Shown here: in pieces, positions 28,022 through 37,529 of the stretch
How positions within the stretch are numbered: position 1 is the first letter of the stretch
Layout: every line of letters starts with the position of its first letter
From: a bacterium
GTDB taxonomy: Bacteria > Patescibacteriota > Patescibacteriia > Patescibacteriales > UBA12465
DNA length: 64,000 nucleotides
NCBI GenBank assembly: GCA_035400585.1
Contig: DAOMZR010000001.1
Span: 191,347-255,346, forward strand
Direction: 5' to 3'
Program-made: the position numbers and the translations under genes
The notes under the pieces: model-generated
The model's input: only the letters and a program-made list of their open reading frames with translations
Told to the model about the DNA's origin: nothing
Database searches by the model: none

Positions 28022-28702
28022 ATGAAAATTTTGGTGGTTGATGACGACAAAAAAATTAATCAATTACTAAGTGCTTCTCTAAAAAGAGAATTGTTTACAG
28101 TTGATGTTGCTGAAAACGGCCGAGACGGTTTGTATATGTATCAAACAAATCACTATGATTTAATTTTGGTTGATTACAATCTGCCCATAGAAAACGGAGA
28201 GTATTTAGTTGAAGAAATTAGAAAAATAGATAAAAAAATACCAATAATAATGTTAACAGTGGAAGGAAGTCAAGAAATGAAAAATAAATTATTTAATTTG
28301 GAAGTCGATGATTATATTACCAAGCCATTTGTTTTCGAAGATCTTTTAAGTAGAATAAAGGCTGTTACGCGCAGACCGCAAGAAATAAAAAGCAGAATTT
28401 ATCAAATTGATGATCTTTATGTCGATGTTGAAAAACATCAAGCAAAAAGAGGCAAGGAAAAAATATATTTAACATTTAAAGAATTAACCCTTTTGGAATT
28501 CTTCTTAAAAAATCAAGGAAAAATTCTATCGAGAACTGTTTTGATGGAAAACGTTTGGGATTTTAATGCTGATCCATTTTCCAACACCATAGAATCACAT
28601 ATTTTAAAAATTAGAAAAAAAATAAATCCCACTCAATGTAAGCGGGATTTAATTCATACTATTAAAGGAAGGGGTTATAAGATGGATACGAGTAAATGGT
28701 AG
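28022..28702 (+). CDS. OmpR/PhoB-family response regulator (no histidine kinase in window)
   Basis: MKILVVDDDKKINQLL, LVDYNLPIENG, DDYITKPFVFEDLLSRI; winged-helix DPFSNTIESHILKIRKKI and DLIHTIKGRGYKM. ORF track starts at 28007, but MKILVVDDD at 28022 is the better start. Confidence 0.93.
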   Translation: MKILVVDDDKKINQLLSASLKRELFTVDVAENGRDGLYMYQTNHYDLILVDYNLPIENGEYLVEEIRKIDKKIPIIMLTVEGSQEMKNKLFNLEVDDYITKPFVFEDLLSRIKAVTRRPQEIKSRIYQIDDLYVDVEKHQAKRGKEKIYLTFKELTLLEFFLKNQGKILSRTVLMENVWDFNADPFSNTIESHILKIRKKINPTQCKRDLIHTIKGRGYKMDTSKW

Positions 28703-29509
28703 CTACAAAACAACTTTTTCCACCTCATCTATTGAGTGACCAAGAAAAAATTCCCCTAACTCTTTAAATTTTTCAACACTATCGGTAGCACAAAATTGAT
28801 ACCTGGGTTTTATTTTCTTTTGAATATTTAGCTCAGGATGTCGATTTAAATAATCAAAAAGACTATCACTGATTATTTTTTCAGTATTAAGAACATAGCA
28901 CCTCTTCCCCATTATTCTTTTTATATCATTTAATAAAAAAGGGTAATGGGTACAGGCCAAAACCAAAGCCTCAACTTGTTTCATTTTTAAATATCTCAAA
29001 TACTTTTTTAGAATCATTTTAGTTTCTGGCTTTTTAATCCAGCCCTCCTCGATTAAAGGAACAAGCAAGGGGGTAGCTTTCTGAAAAATTTCCAAATCAT
29101 CCCTAAAAACTTTTATTTCATCATTGTATATATTAGAATTGACCGTTGCTTTCGTTCCTATAATTCCAACTTTTTTAATTTTTTTGAGTCGAGCTATTTC
29201 TTCGGCGATTGGTCTAATAACACCTAAAATTTTTAAATCCGGGTATTTGTTGGGCAGATATTCTTGCTGAATTTTTCTTAATGCTTGAGCTGAGGCGCTA
29301 TTACAAGCTATAATTATTAGCTTACAACCTCGAGAATACAAAAAATCAACCGCCTTTACCACATAAGAATAAATGGTTTCCATTGATTTATTACCATAAG
29401 GAACATTAGCATTGTCACCCAAATAAATATAATCATAATCAGGATGATCTTTTAAAAATCCCCTTAAAACTGTTAATCCCCCAACACCCGAATCAAAAAC
29501 TCCGATCAT
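28703..29509 (-). CDS. murI: Glutamate racemase
   Basis: MIGVFDSGVGGLTVL, IYLGDNANVPYGNKS, IIACNSASAQAL, ALVLACTHYPFL. Confidence 0.95.
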   Translation of the reverse strand: MIGVFDSGVGGLTVLRGFLKDHPDYDYIYLGDNANVPYGNKSMETIYSYVVKAVDFLYSRGCKLIIIACNSASAQALRKIQQEYLPNKYPDLKILGVIRPIAEEIARLKKIKKVGIIGTKATVNSNIYNDEIKVFRDDLEIFQKATPLLVPLIEEGWIKKPETKMILKKYLRYLKMKQVEALVLACTHYPFLLNDIKRIMGKRCYVLNTEKIISDSLFDYLNRHPELNIQKKIKPRYQFCATDSVEKFKELGEFFLGHSIDEVEKVVL

Positions 29510-29511
29510 AA

Positions 29512-30306
29512 TTATTTTCTATCGTTTTTTATTTTATAATTTAAAGTTAATTCAAGACTAACTTCATGAGATCCACTATTTATAACTGGATTTCCACCAC
29601 CACCCATACCACCGTAATAAGAATAATCATAATAAGGAGATGGATTAATAACGTTTTCCCACCAACCAACAATTTCATCTAAAGAAACTCCAACGGCTTG
29701 AGATAAAACAGTAGCCTTGGATTTAGCATCTTTTATAGCTAAAAGCCTAGCTTCTTGTTTTAAATCTTCTATCTTAGAGCTTTCAAAAGAAACACCTAAA
29801 ACCTGATTAGCTCCAGCTTTAGCTGATTCAGAAACTACTTGATTTAGTATATTAAAATTTTCATCAACTCCTTTAACTTTAACTATAACTTGTTGATTGG
29901 CATTATATCCACTTAAGTTATTTATCCCCTCTACATAATCATAGTAAGGATATAAAGAATAAGTTTGGTTTTTAATATCTTTAGGATCAATACCCAATCC
30001 AGTTACAGCAGTTATTATTTTAGCAACTTTTTCATTTAACATGCTTAAAGCCTCTTCGGCTGTTTTAGCTTTATCAATTTGAACTCCTAAGGTAACGTTG
30101 GCAATATCTGGTTGATAAGAAACCTTTCCCTGTCCGATAACAGAAACTTGATTAGGAAAATTATTAACAATTTTATCTCTCAAAATAGAAACCACCACAA
30201 TCCCTGATAAGGCTAATATTAAAACCATGGCGGCTATCCATTTGGCTGTTTTGTTCTTACCAGAACAAAGACAAACTTCTTTTTTTTCTTTTAGATTTTC
30301 ACTCAT
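29512..30306 (-). CDS. SIMPL-domain (DUF541) membrane-anchored protein
   Basis: QVSVIGQGKVSYQPDIANVTLGVQIDKAKTAEEALSMLNEKVAKII and KDIKNQTYSLYPYYDY. Confidence 0.88.
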   Translation of the reverse strand: MSENLKEKKEVCLCSGKNKTAKWIAAMVLILALSGIVVVSILRDKIVNNFPNQVSVIGQGKVSYQPDIANVTLGVQIDKAKTAEEALSMLNEKVAKIITAVTGLGIDPKDIKNQTYSLYPYYDYVEGINNLSGYNANQQVIVKVKGVDENFNILNQVVSESAKAGANQVLGVSFESSKIEDLKQEARLLAIKDAKSKATVLSQAVGVSLDEIVGWWENVINPSPYYDYSYYGGMGGGGNPVINSGSHEVSLELTLNYKIKNDRK

Positions 30307-30385
30307 ATTTTTAAATACTTCTTTTTAAAAACAAAAAATTTTTAAAAAAGAAGTTAATAATAATTATAATTTTATAATAACTTAT

Positions 30386-31060
30386 TTATGATAATTTAAA
30401 ATTATTAATTGTTAATACAAAATTGTAATTCAAAAATTCAGCTGCTTTACGACAAAAAACCATTCTGTCATTAAATATTTCAAAATATTCCATAACTCCG
30501 GTTACTTTAGTGTCAATTTTCAATTTCAAAATAATTTCTTTTTTTGCTCTATTAACCTTAAAAGCTGACTCTATAACCGAATAATTAACTCGATCATGGA
30601 TATCTTCCTTTAAATTTTCTGGTGTTTTATTTTTAACTCTATTTCGATGAACATCTGATTTATCGGCTAAAACCAATATAGCACCTATTTTATTAACAAT
30701 TTCATTTTCGTGCTCATCGTGATTAGCTATGGCTTGCATTACTTCTAAAATATCTTTAGTTTCCTGACTACTTCTAGAATTAGATAGAAAAAATTGAGAA
30801 AAAAGCATGGCGCCAGTATAAGGATGACCCGTTCTTTGTAAAAAATTACCCATATCATGACAATAACCAGCAATAGCTGCTAATTGTTGCTCTCTTTCGT
30901 CTAGTCCGATATTTTTAGCTAAACTTTTGGCTCTGTCGGAAACCAAATTCAAGTGACGAGGACCATGATCGGTGTATCCCAAATAATTTAAATACTCTTC
31001 TGTTTTTTTTATGGAATAAACAACCCCTGAATGTTTTTTAATCTCTTCTAAACTCAACAT
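30386..31060 (-). CDS. HD-domain phosphohydrolase
   Basis: DHGPRHLNLVSDRAKSLAKNIG, AAIAGYCHDMGNFLQRTGHPYTGAML, ANHDEHENEIVNKIGAILVLADKSDVHRNRVK. Confidence 0.85.
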   Translation of the reverse strand: MLSLEEIKKHSGVVYSIKKTEEYLNYLGYTDHGPRHLNLVSDRAKSLAKNIGLDEREQQLAAIAGYCHDMGNFLQRTGHPYTGAMLFSQFFLSNSRSSQETKDILEVMQAIANHDEHENEIVNKIGAILVLADKSDVHRNRVKNKTPENLKEDIHDRVNYSVIESAFKVNRAKKEIILKLKIDTKVTGVMEYFEIFNDRMVFCRKAAEFLNYNFVLTINNFKLS

Positions 31061-31075
31061 AAATTTATAATAAAA

Positions 31076-32119
31076 TTAATTTTTAATTAAACCGTGGGCC
31101 ACACTTTCTTTTAAACCAGAGCCAGTAATTTCAATGAAATCAGCTTTTCCCTTTACTCTTTCGATGTTATCAGCTCCCATATAAGTCATGCCAGAAGCCA
31201 AACCACCTAAAAATTTATTAACTATTGGAATAACTGATCCTTTATATTCAATTGTTGTCATTTCCCCCTCTACGTGAACAACTTCATCTTTTTTCTTTCC
31301 ATCCAGGGCCATTTTTTTAACAGTTGCCAAATAACTAGCCATTCCTCTATATTCCTTATATTTTTTACCATTCTTTGTAATAATTTTACCGGGAGTTTCT
31401 TTTGTTCCTGAAAAAATAGAACCACTCATAACAGTATCAGCTCCAGCACCTATTGCCTTAACTATATCACCGGGATTTTTAATACCGCCATCGGCGCAAA
31501 CCGGAACTCTTCCTTGGCTAGCTTCATAAACATCCATAATAGCTGTAATTTGTGGAACGCCGGCACCAGCCATAATTCTGGTAGTGCACATTGAGCCAGG
31601 ACCAATGCCAACCTTTATAGCATCGGCTTTTTTGTTTATAAAATATTCAGCCGCATCTTTAGTGGCGATATTTCCAACCATTATATCTATTTTGGGATAT
31701 TTTTCTTTTAAATAATCTAAAGTTTTACCAACCCTCTTAGAATGACCGTGAGCTACATCCAAAACCAAAATATCAACGCCAGAATCAGCTAAAGCCTTAA
31801 CTCTTTCCTCATAATCTTTAACACCTAGAGCCGCAGCGGCTAAAAGATTTTCTTTCTTTATTTTTTTTATTTCTTTGGCTTGATTAGAGATAGTCATAAA
31901 TCTGTGAACAACACCCAGGCCACCCATCTTTCCGACAGCAATAGCCATTTCACTTTCACAAACTGTATCCATGTTTGCTACTAGCAGTGGGATATCTAAA
32001 AAATGATTTTTGGTAACTTTTGTTCTAAAAGAAACATCTTTACGAGAATTAACTCTATTGTATTTTGGGACAAGCAAAACATCATCAAAAGAATATCCCT
32101 TTCCAATAATTCTAGCCAT
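31076..32119 (-). CDS. guaB: IMP dehydrogenase/GMP reductase-family protein, short form without CBS domains
   Basis: [67 protein letters not shown]; no CBS insert between the barrel halves. Confidence 0.88.
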   Translation of the reverse strand: MARIIGKGYSFDDVLLVPKYNRVNSRKDVSFRTKVTKNHFLDIPLLVANMDTVCESEMAIAVGKMGGLGVVHRFMTISNQAKEIKKIKKENLLAAAALGVKDYEERVKALADSGVDILVLDVAHGHSKRVGKTLDYLKEKYPKIDIMVGNIATKDAAEYFINKKADAIKVGIGPGSMCTTRIMAGAGVPQITAIMDVYEASQGRVPVCADGGIKNPGDIVKAIGAGADTVMSGSIFSGTKETPGKIITKNGKKYKEYRGMASYLATVKKMALDGKKKDEVVHVEGEMTTIEYKGSVIPIVNKFLGGLASGMTYMGADNIERVKGKADFIEITGSGLKESVAHGLIKN

Positions 32120-32123
32120 AATT

Positions 32124-32699
32124 TTATTTAATTATTTTTATAATTTTATTTATTGATTTTTCAAAAATGTTAATTTTAAAATTATTGTTATTCTTTTCAA
32201 TTGATCCAAAAAGCTTGGTCTTAACATTTTTGATTCCGCAAAATTTTAATATACCTCTCAAAGTTTTAGTTGCTAAATTACCAATAAAAAAATAATAAAT
32301 ACTAGGGGCACCAGAAGTGCAAACCAAAATTGATTTTTTCCCCAATAACAATCTATCTGGTAATTTTCCATTAGGATTATTATATTTAAAAGCAAACCCC
32401 GGCAAAAAAGTTCTATCAATAAAACCCTTTAAAACAGCCGGAAAACTGTACCACCAGATTGGGAAAATAAAAATTAAATAATCAGCCCAAAGAATGTCTG
32501 ATTGAGCTAATCTTAAATCTGGCTCTAATTCTTGAATTTCCTTATAACCATTTTTTAGGTTAGAATTAAAATTTAATTCACCTAAATTTATTCTTCTAAT
32601 TTCCAATTTATTTTTTAATTTGTCTTCAAAAATATCAGCCAACTTACCGTTAAAACTATTTTTATCTGGATGACCCAAAATCAGTAAAACTTTTTTCAT
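32124..32699 (-). CDS. NAD(P)H dehydrogenase (quinone)/flavodoxin-fold oxidoreductase
   Basis: VLLILGHPDKNSFNGKLADIFEDKL, DYLIFIFPIWWYSFPAVLKGFIDRTFLPGFAFKY. Confidence 0.88.
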   Translation of the reverse strand: MKKVLLILGHPDKNSFNGKLADIFEDKLKNKLEIRRINLGELNFNSNLKNGYKEIQELEPDLRLAQSDILWADYLIFIFPIWWYSFPAVLKGFIDRTFLPGFAFKYNNPNGKLPDRLLLGKKSILVCTSGAPSIYYFFIGNLATKTLRGILKFCGIKNVKTKLFGSIEKNNNNFKINIFEKSINKIIKIIK

Positions 32700-32700
32700 A

Positions 32701-33186
32701 TTAATTTAACAAATAAATTGAATAGGCTAAATAAGTTGCAAAAGCTACCCACAAAAAATAAGGTATAAGTAAAATTGCTGATGATTTATATCCTCTCCAA
32801 AGCATTAAAATTAAAACTAAATTAACAAAATTTAAAAACAACATTTCAATAACAGACCAGAAAATTAAATGCCAAGAGAAAAATAAAACTGACCAAAAAA
32901 CATTTAAAATTCCATTTAAAACAAATAAGGAAATAATTATATAAAAAAACAAACTTTTTCTATTCGTCTTTGAATTGTTAGAAAAAAGTAAAATTGAGAT
33001 AGCTGATAAAATAAAAATAATAGTCCAAACAATACCGATAACCGATCCATGCGGAGTAAATGACGGTAAATTGATAGCATCATACCAATCCATTCCACCA
33101 CCAGTAAAATAACCGCCGATCAAAGAAACAGACAAAACGCCTAGTGGTGTTAACAAATAATTAACTTTTAACCCCCTAGTTTTCAT
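32701..33186 (-). CDS. TspO/MBR family tryptophan-rich sensory protein
   Basis: LPSFTPHGSVIGIVWTIIFILSAISI, NGILNVFWSVLFFSWHLIFWSVIEMLFL, PYFLWVAFATYLAYSIYLLN. Confidence 0.9.
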   Translation of the reverse strand: MKTRGLKVNYLLTPLGVLSVSLIGGYFTGGGMDWYDAINLPSFTPHGSVIGIVWTIIFILSAISILLFSNNSKTNRKSLFFYIIISLFVLNGILNVFWSVLFFSWHLIFWSVIEMLFLNFVNLVLILMLWRGYKSSAILLIPYFLWVAFATYLAYSIYLLN

Positions 33187-33309
33187 AAGTTTGAAATTAA
33201 TAATAATATCCCAGCTAATTATAGCAAAAAAAAATTAAATTGTCATTAACAAAAGAACTAATTTTAACAAGATGTTTTTTGCATTATTTTACAAAAAAAT
33301 TAGATAAAA

Positions 33310-33789
33310 CTAACTATTAAAAAAATTATTTATTAGTAATCCCAAATAATAAGAAATTAAAATTACCACGGTTGCTATTAGCAAATGTTCAAAAACAACG
33401 CTAAAATTTTTTCTTTCCTCTTCGTTGCTTATTTTATAACTCAAAACTGAAAGAATTATTACTCCCCAAACAATTGAGATTAAAATAGAAGTTGAAAGTT
33501 TAAAAAATATAAATGGAATTAAAAAACTTAAAGCAAAAATCGCCTTGGTTAAAAAAGTAGCTATAGTAGCTTCCCAAACATGACGAGTACTGTTTTCCTT
33601 ATTTGATTCTTCAGAAATATGAACTCCTAGGGAATCCGAAAAAGCATCGGCCAGTGCTATTACTAAAATACCAGAAATAACTGCTAACTTTGATCCGGTG
33701 CTAGAATTAAGTCCAACCATCAGTCCCAAGGTTGTTATAACCGCCGACGTTAATCCGAAGCTTAAACCTTTTTTAAGAGAATTTTTCAT
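33310..33789 (-). CDS. VIT/CCC1-like small membrane protein
   Basis: TTLGLMVGLNSSTGSKLAVISGILVIALADAFSDSLGVHISEES and following TM segments. Confidence 0.6.
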   Translation of the reverse strand: MKNSLKKGLSFGLTSAVITTLGLMVGLNSSTGSKLAVISGILVIALADAFSDSLGVHISEESNKENSTRHVWEATIATFLTKAIFALSFLIPFIFFKLSTSILISIVWGVIILSVLSYKISNEEERKNFSVVFEHLLIATVVILISYYLGLLINNFFNS

Positions 33790-34934
33790 ATTTTTTTGGC
33801 TTTTTTTCTGGCAAGATTGGCAAAGCGATGTGCCTCATCTCGAGCTTTTAAAAGTATTAATTTAATATCTAAAACTTCCTTTTTGAATTTTTTATCTACA
33901 TTTTTTAAAAAAATTATTTCATCACCAGCAAACTTAGATAAACCAACTACATTTTTTATTTTATATTTTTCAAAAATTTCTTTCAAGAAATCAAGCTGAG
34001 GACGACCACCATCTATTAAAAATAAATCAGGATACATCCATTCTTTGTGTTTCAATCTTCTCTCCAACGTTTCAGTTAAAGCACGAAAATCATCATGTAA
34101 GTAATTATTTTTAATTTTAAACAAACGATAGTCATTTTTTTGATATTCACCTTCAAAATCAACAACAATCATAGAACCATAAGTTTCTTTTCCAGAAAAA
34201 TGAGAAATATCATAAGCCTCTATTCTTTTAAAATTATTTTGTTCTAAGTTTTTTTCATTTTCTATTAAAGAAACATCTTGTAAATGTTTTAAAGCTTTAA
34301 GTTGTTCTGGGTTTTCTTGTGAAAGTTTTTTTATTAAATACTCTTTTTTTCCAGATAAAAGTAAAATAATATTTTTGATATTTTTCTGATAATCTTTTTT
34401 ATTTATTTTGCCCAAACACGACCCCGGACAAAGCCCAACTTGATAATCAAAGCATGGCTTGCCCGAATTAGCCTTGCAAGTTCCATAAGGAAAAATTCGT
34501 CTAATAATCCTTAAAGCATTTTTAATTAAAGTAAAAGATTGATAGGGACCAAAAATTTGATTATTCTTGTCTTGATATTTTTGCAAATCTTTACCTCTAA
34601 TAATTACAGGGTAAGTAAAATCTTTTTTAGCAATAACAATATAAATAAAAGACCGGTCATCACGATCTTTGATATTGTATTTTGGCCAATATTTTTTAAT
34701 GTACTTAGCCTCTAGAATAATTGCTTCCAGCAAGGTTTTAGTTTCGATGGTCTTAATTTTTTTGGCCTGAAAAACCATTTCCTTGATTCTGGGTTCAACG
34801 TTGGATAAAAAATACTGACTTAATCTATTTTTCAGATTAGTAGCTCGACCAACATACAAAACCTTTCCTCGATTATCAAGCCAGAAATAAACACCGGAAC
34901 TTTTGGATATTTTTTGTAATTGATTTTTAAACAT
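33786..34934 (-). CDS. uvrC: UvrC-like excinuclease subunit, short form (GIY-YIG plus RNase H-like endonuclease domain)
   Basis: SGVYFWLDNRGKVLYVGRATNLKNRLSQYF, FPYGTCKANSGKPCFDYQVGLCPGSC, IEAYDISHFSGKETYGSMIVVDF, YPDLFLIDGGRPQLD; ends right after this domain. Confidence 0.88.
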   Translation of the reverse strand: MFKNQLQKISKSSGVYFWLDNRGKVLYVGRATNLKNRLSQYFLSNVEPRIKEMVFQAKKIKTIETKTLLEAIILEAKYIKKYWPKYNIKDRDDRSFIYIVIAKKDFTYPVIIRGKDLQKYQDKNNQIFGPYQSFTLIKNALRIIRRIFPYGTCKANSGKPCFDYQVGLCPGSCLGKINKKDYQKNIKNIILLLSGKKEYLIKKLSQENPEQLKALKHLQDVSLIENEKNLEQNNFKRIEAYDISHFSGKETYGSMIVVDFEGEYQKNDYRLFKIKNNYLHDDFRALTETLERRLKHKEWMYPDLFLIDGGRPQLDFLKEIFEKYKIKNVVGLSKFAGDEIIFLKNVDKKFKKEVLDIKLILLKARDEAHRFANLARKKAKKI

Positions 34935-34975
34935 AAAAACGCTCTCAATACTTATTCAAATAAAAAACTAAGAAA

Positions 34976-37528
34976 TTATTTTAAATAATCCTTCAAATAT
35001 TTGCCGGTAATACTCTTTTCATTTCTGATAATATCCTCCGGTTCACCACTAGCTAGTAAATATCCACCCTTTTCTCCTCCATCGGGTCCTAAATCAATCA
35101 AATAATCCATTGATTTAAGCATGTGCATATTGTGCTCAATTACTATTACGGTATGCCCTTTTTCTACTAATTTACTTAAAACTTGAAGCAACATTTCAAT
35201 GTCCTGATAATGAAGTCCAGTTGTCGGTTCATCTAATAAATACAAAGTTTTTTGACCCAAAACATAGTTTAATTCTTTGGCAATTTTTACTCTTTGAGCT
35301 TCTCCACCAGAAAGTGTGGTTGCACTTTGCCCCAGTTTTAAGTAACCAAGACCAACTGATTTTAAAATATTAAGTTTATCGGTTATATAATAATTACCAT
35401 CAAAAAGCTTAATTGCCTCTTCAACACTCAGATCTAAAACATCGGAAATACTATGATTTTTATACTCCACCTGCAAAGTCTCTCTATTGAACCTTTTGCC
35501 TCGACAAACCTCGCACTCAACTAGTACTGCTGGCAAAAAATGCATTTCTATAAGGTTAAATCCAGCACCCTGACAAGCCTCACAGCGCCCACCAGCACGA
35601 TTAAACGAAAAACGCGATAAAGTATAACCTCTTTCTTTAGATTCTGGTAGTTCAGCAAAAAAATCCCTGATTGGCGTAAAAATACCGGTATAAGTAGCTG
35701 GATTTGACCTGGGAGTTCTACCTATAGGAGATTGATCGATAACTGATATTTTATTTATATACTCAGTTCCTTTTATATCTTCCACGTCTATTAATTTATT
35801 CTTTTTGCCAGGATTATTCTTTATATGTACAATATTTTTATACAGAACATCATACAACAAGGAAGATTTTCCACTACCAGACACACCACACAAACCAACA
35901 AGCCTTCCCAATGGTATTTCCAGATTAATATTCTTTAAATTATTAGCCCTAGCCCCCTTTATACTTATAAAACCTTTATTTTGAGATCTTCTTTTATTCG
36001 GCAATTCTATTCTTTTTACGCCATTTAAGTATTCCAAGGTCAAAGAATTTGAACTTTTATTGGCATTTATTTCTTTATTGACTACTTTTTTTGTACTTAA
36101 TTTTAAATTATCGTTCTTTTTTACTAAATCAGCTGTATATCCAATCTCAACAATTTCACCGCCATTTATACCAGCTCCAGGGCCTAAATCAACTAAATAA
36201 TCAGAATTGAGTATCGTTTGTTCGTCATGTTCCACTAAAATTACTGTATTACCCTTGTCTCTAAGGGATTTTAAGGTATCTATCAGTTTAAAAGTGTCCC
36301 TTTCGTGAAGACCAATGGTCGGTTCGTCTAAAACGTATAGAGTTCTAGATAATTGTGAGCCAATTTGAGAAGAAAGCCTTATTCTTTGGGCTTCTCCGCC
36401 AGAAAGCGTTTCAGCTTCCCTATTTAAAGTTAAATAGGATAGACCAACCTTATTCAAAAACTCCAACCTATCTATAATTTGTTGCATAACAGCTGAAACA
36501 ATTTCCATTTGGCGTTTATTCAAATTCCCCAAAACAACTTCAAAAAACAAATATGCTTCTTCTAAAGACAAGGCTGTAACTTCGGCTATATTTTTGTTAT
36601 TTATTCTCACTGACAAAGATTCTTCTCTAAGTCTTTGACCGCTACACTTAGGACAAACATCGCTGGCATAAAAACCGACCTTACCCAAACCAGAACAAGA
36701 AGGACAGGCTCCGTGAGGAGAATTAAAAGAAAAAAGACGTGGTTCAACCTCTGGAAAAGCAAAATTATCATTAGGACAAGTCCAATTTGAAGAAAGTAAA
36801 AATTCTTCTTTTTCTAGCCCAACATAAACCAAGCCCTTACTATAAGCAATAGCATTTTCAATGGCCTCAAACAAGCGAGAACCATCACTTGGCAAAACTT
36901 TATCAATAACAATATCTATATCATGTTTTTGATTGGGATTTAATTTAATTTGATCTCTAAGGGATTGTATTTTCCCATCAATTCTAGCCTCTGAGTATCC
37001 CAAAGATAAATAATCATAAAGTAATTGATAATATTCACCCTTTCTTCCTCTAATTACTGGCGATATTATTGTTAAATATTTACTACCAGAATCTTTAGCT
37101 CTATTAATGGAAATATCAACCATTTCTTCTAGTGATAATTTCTGGATTTTATGACCACACAAAGGACAGAACACTTCTCCTAAACGAGCGTAAAGCACTC
37201 TTAAATAATCATAAATTTCAGTAAGAGTTCCAACAGTAGACCGTGGATTATGCGACAAAGCTTTCTGATCAATAGATATAGCTGGAGCGAGTCCAATAAT
37301 TTCATCAACATCGGCCGGTTTCTTTTGGCCCAAAAACTGACGCATATATGGAGAAAGTGATTCAACATAACGCCTTTGTCCTTCGGCAAAAATTGTATCA
37401 AAAGCCAAGGAGGACTTACCGCTACCAGAAACACCAGTAATCACCGTTAACTGATTGTGTGGAATTTCTAAATCAATATTTTTTAAGTTGTGCATTCGTG
37501 CCCCACGAATGATTATTTTGTCGTTCAT
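34976..37528 (-). CDS. uvrA: Excinuclease ABC subunit A
   Basis: IIRGARMHNLKNIDLEIPHNQLTVITGVSGSGKSSLAFDTIFAEGQRRYVESLSPYMRQFL, LSGGEAQRIRLSSQIG, KVLDVLD...SVGLGYLKLGQSATTLSGGEAQRVKIAKEL-type motifs. Confidence 0.97.
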   Translation of the reverse strand: MNDKIIIRGARMHNLKNIDLEIPHNQLTVITGVSGSGKSSLAFDTIFAEGQRRYVESLSPYMRQFLGQKKPADVDEIIGLAPAISIDQKALSHNPRSTVGTLTEIYDYLRVLYARLGEVFCPLCGHKIQKLSLEEMVDISINRAKDSGSKYLTIISPVIRGRKGEYYQLLYDYLSLGYSEARIDGKIQSLRDQIKLNPNQKHDIDIVIDKVLPSDGSRLFEAIENAIAYSKGLVYVGLEKEEFLLSSNWTCPNDNFAFPEVEPRLFSFNSPHGACPSCSGLGKVGFYASDVCPKCSGQRLREESLSVRINNKNIAEVTALSLEEAYLFFEVVLGNLNKRQMEIVSAVMQQIIDRLEFLNKVGLSYLTLNREAETLSGGEAQRIRLSSQIGSQLSRTLYVLDEPTIGLHERDTFKLIDTLKSLRDKGNTVILVEHDEQTILNSDYLVDLGPGAGINGGEIVEIGYTADLVKKNDNLKLSTKKVVNKEINANKSSNSLTLEYLNGVKRIELPNKRRSQNKGFISIKGARANNLKNINLEIPLGRLVGLCGVSGSGKSSLLYDVLYKNIVHIKNNPGKKNKLIDVEDIKGTEYINKISVIDQSPIGRTPRSNPATYTGIFTPIRDFFAELPESKERGYTLSRFSFNRAGGRCEACQGAGFNLIEMHFLPAVLVECEVCRGKRFNRETLQVEYKNHSISDVLDLSVEEAIKLFDGNYYITDKLNILKSVGLGYLKLGQSATTLSGGEAQRVKIAKELNYVLGQKTLYLLDEPTTGLHYQDIEMLLQVLSKLVEKGHTVIVIEHNMHMLKSMDYLIDLGPDGGEKGGYLLASGEPEDIIRNEKSITGKYLKDYLK

Positions 37529-37529
37529 A

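Noticed and set aside
37201-37434. 77-aa ORF listed on the minus strand inside uvrA.
   Set aside because: Overlaps UvrA Walker A/Q-loop coding region in another frame; no motif.
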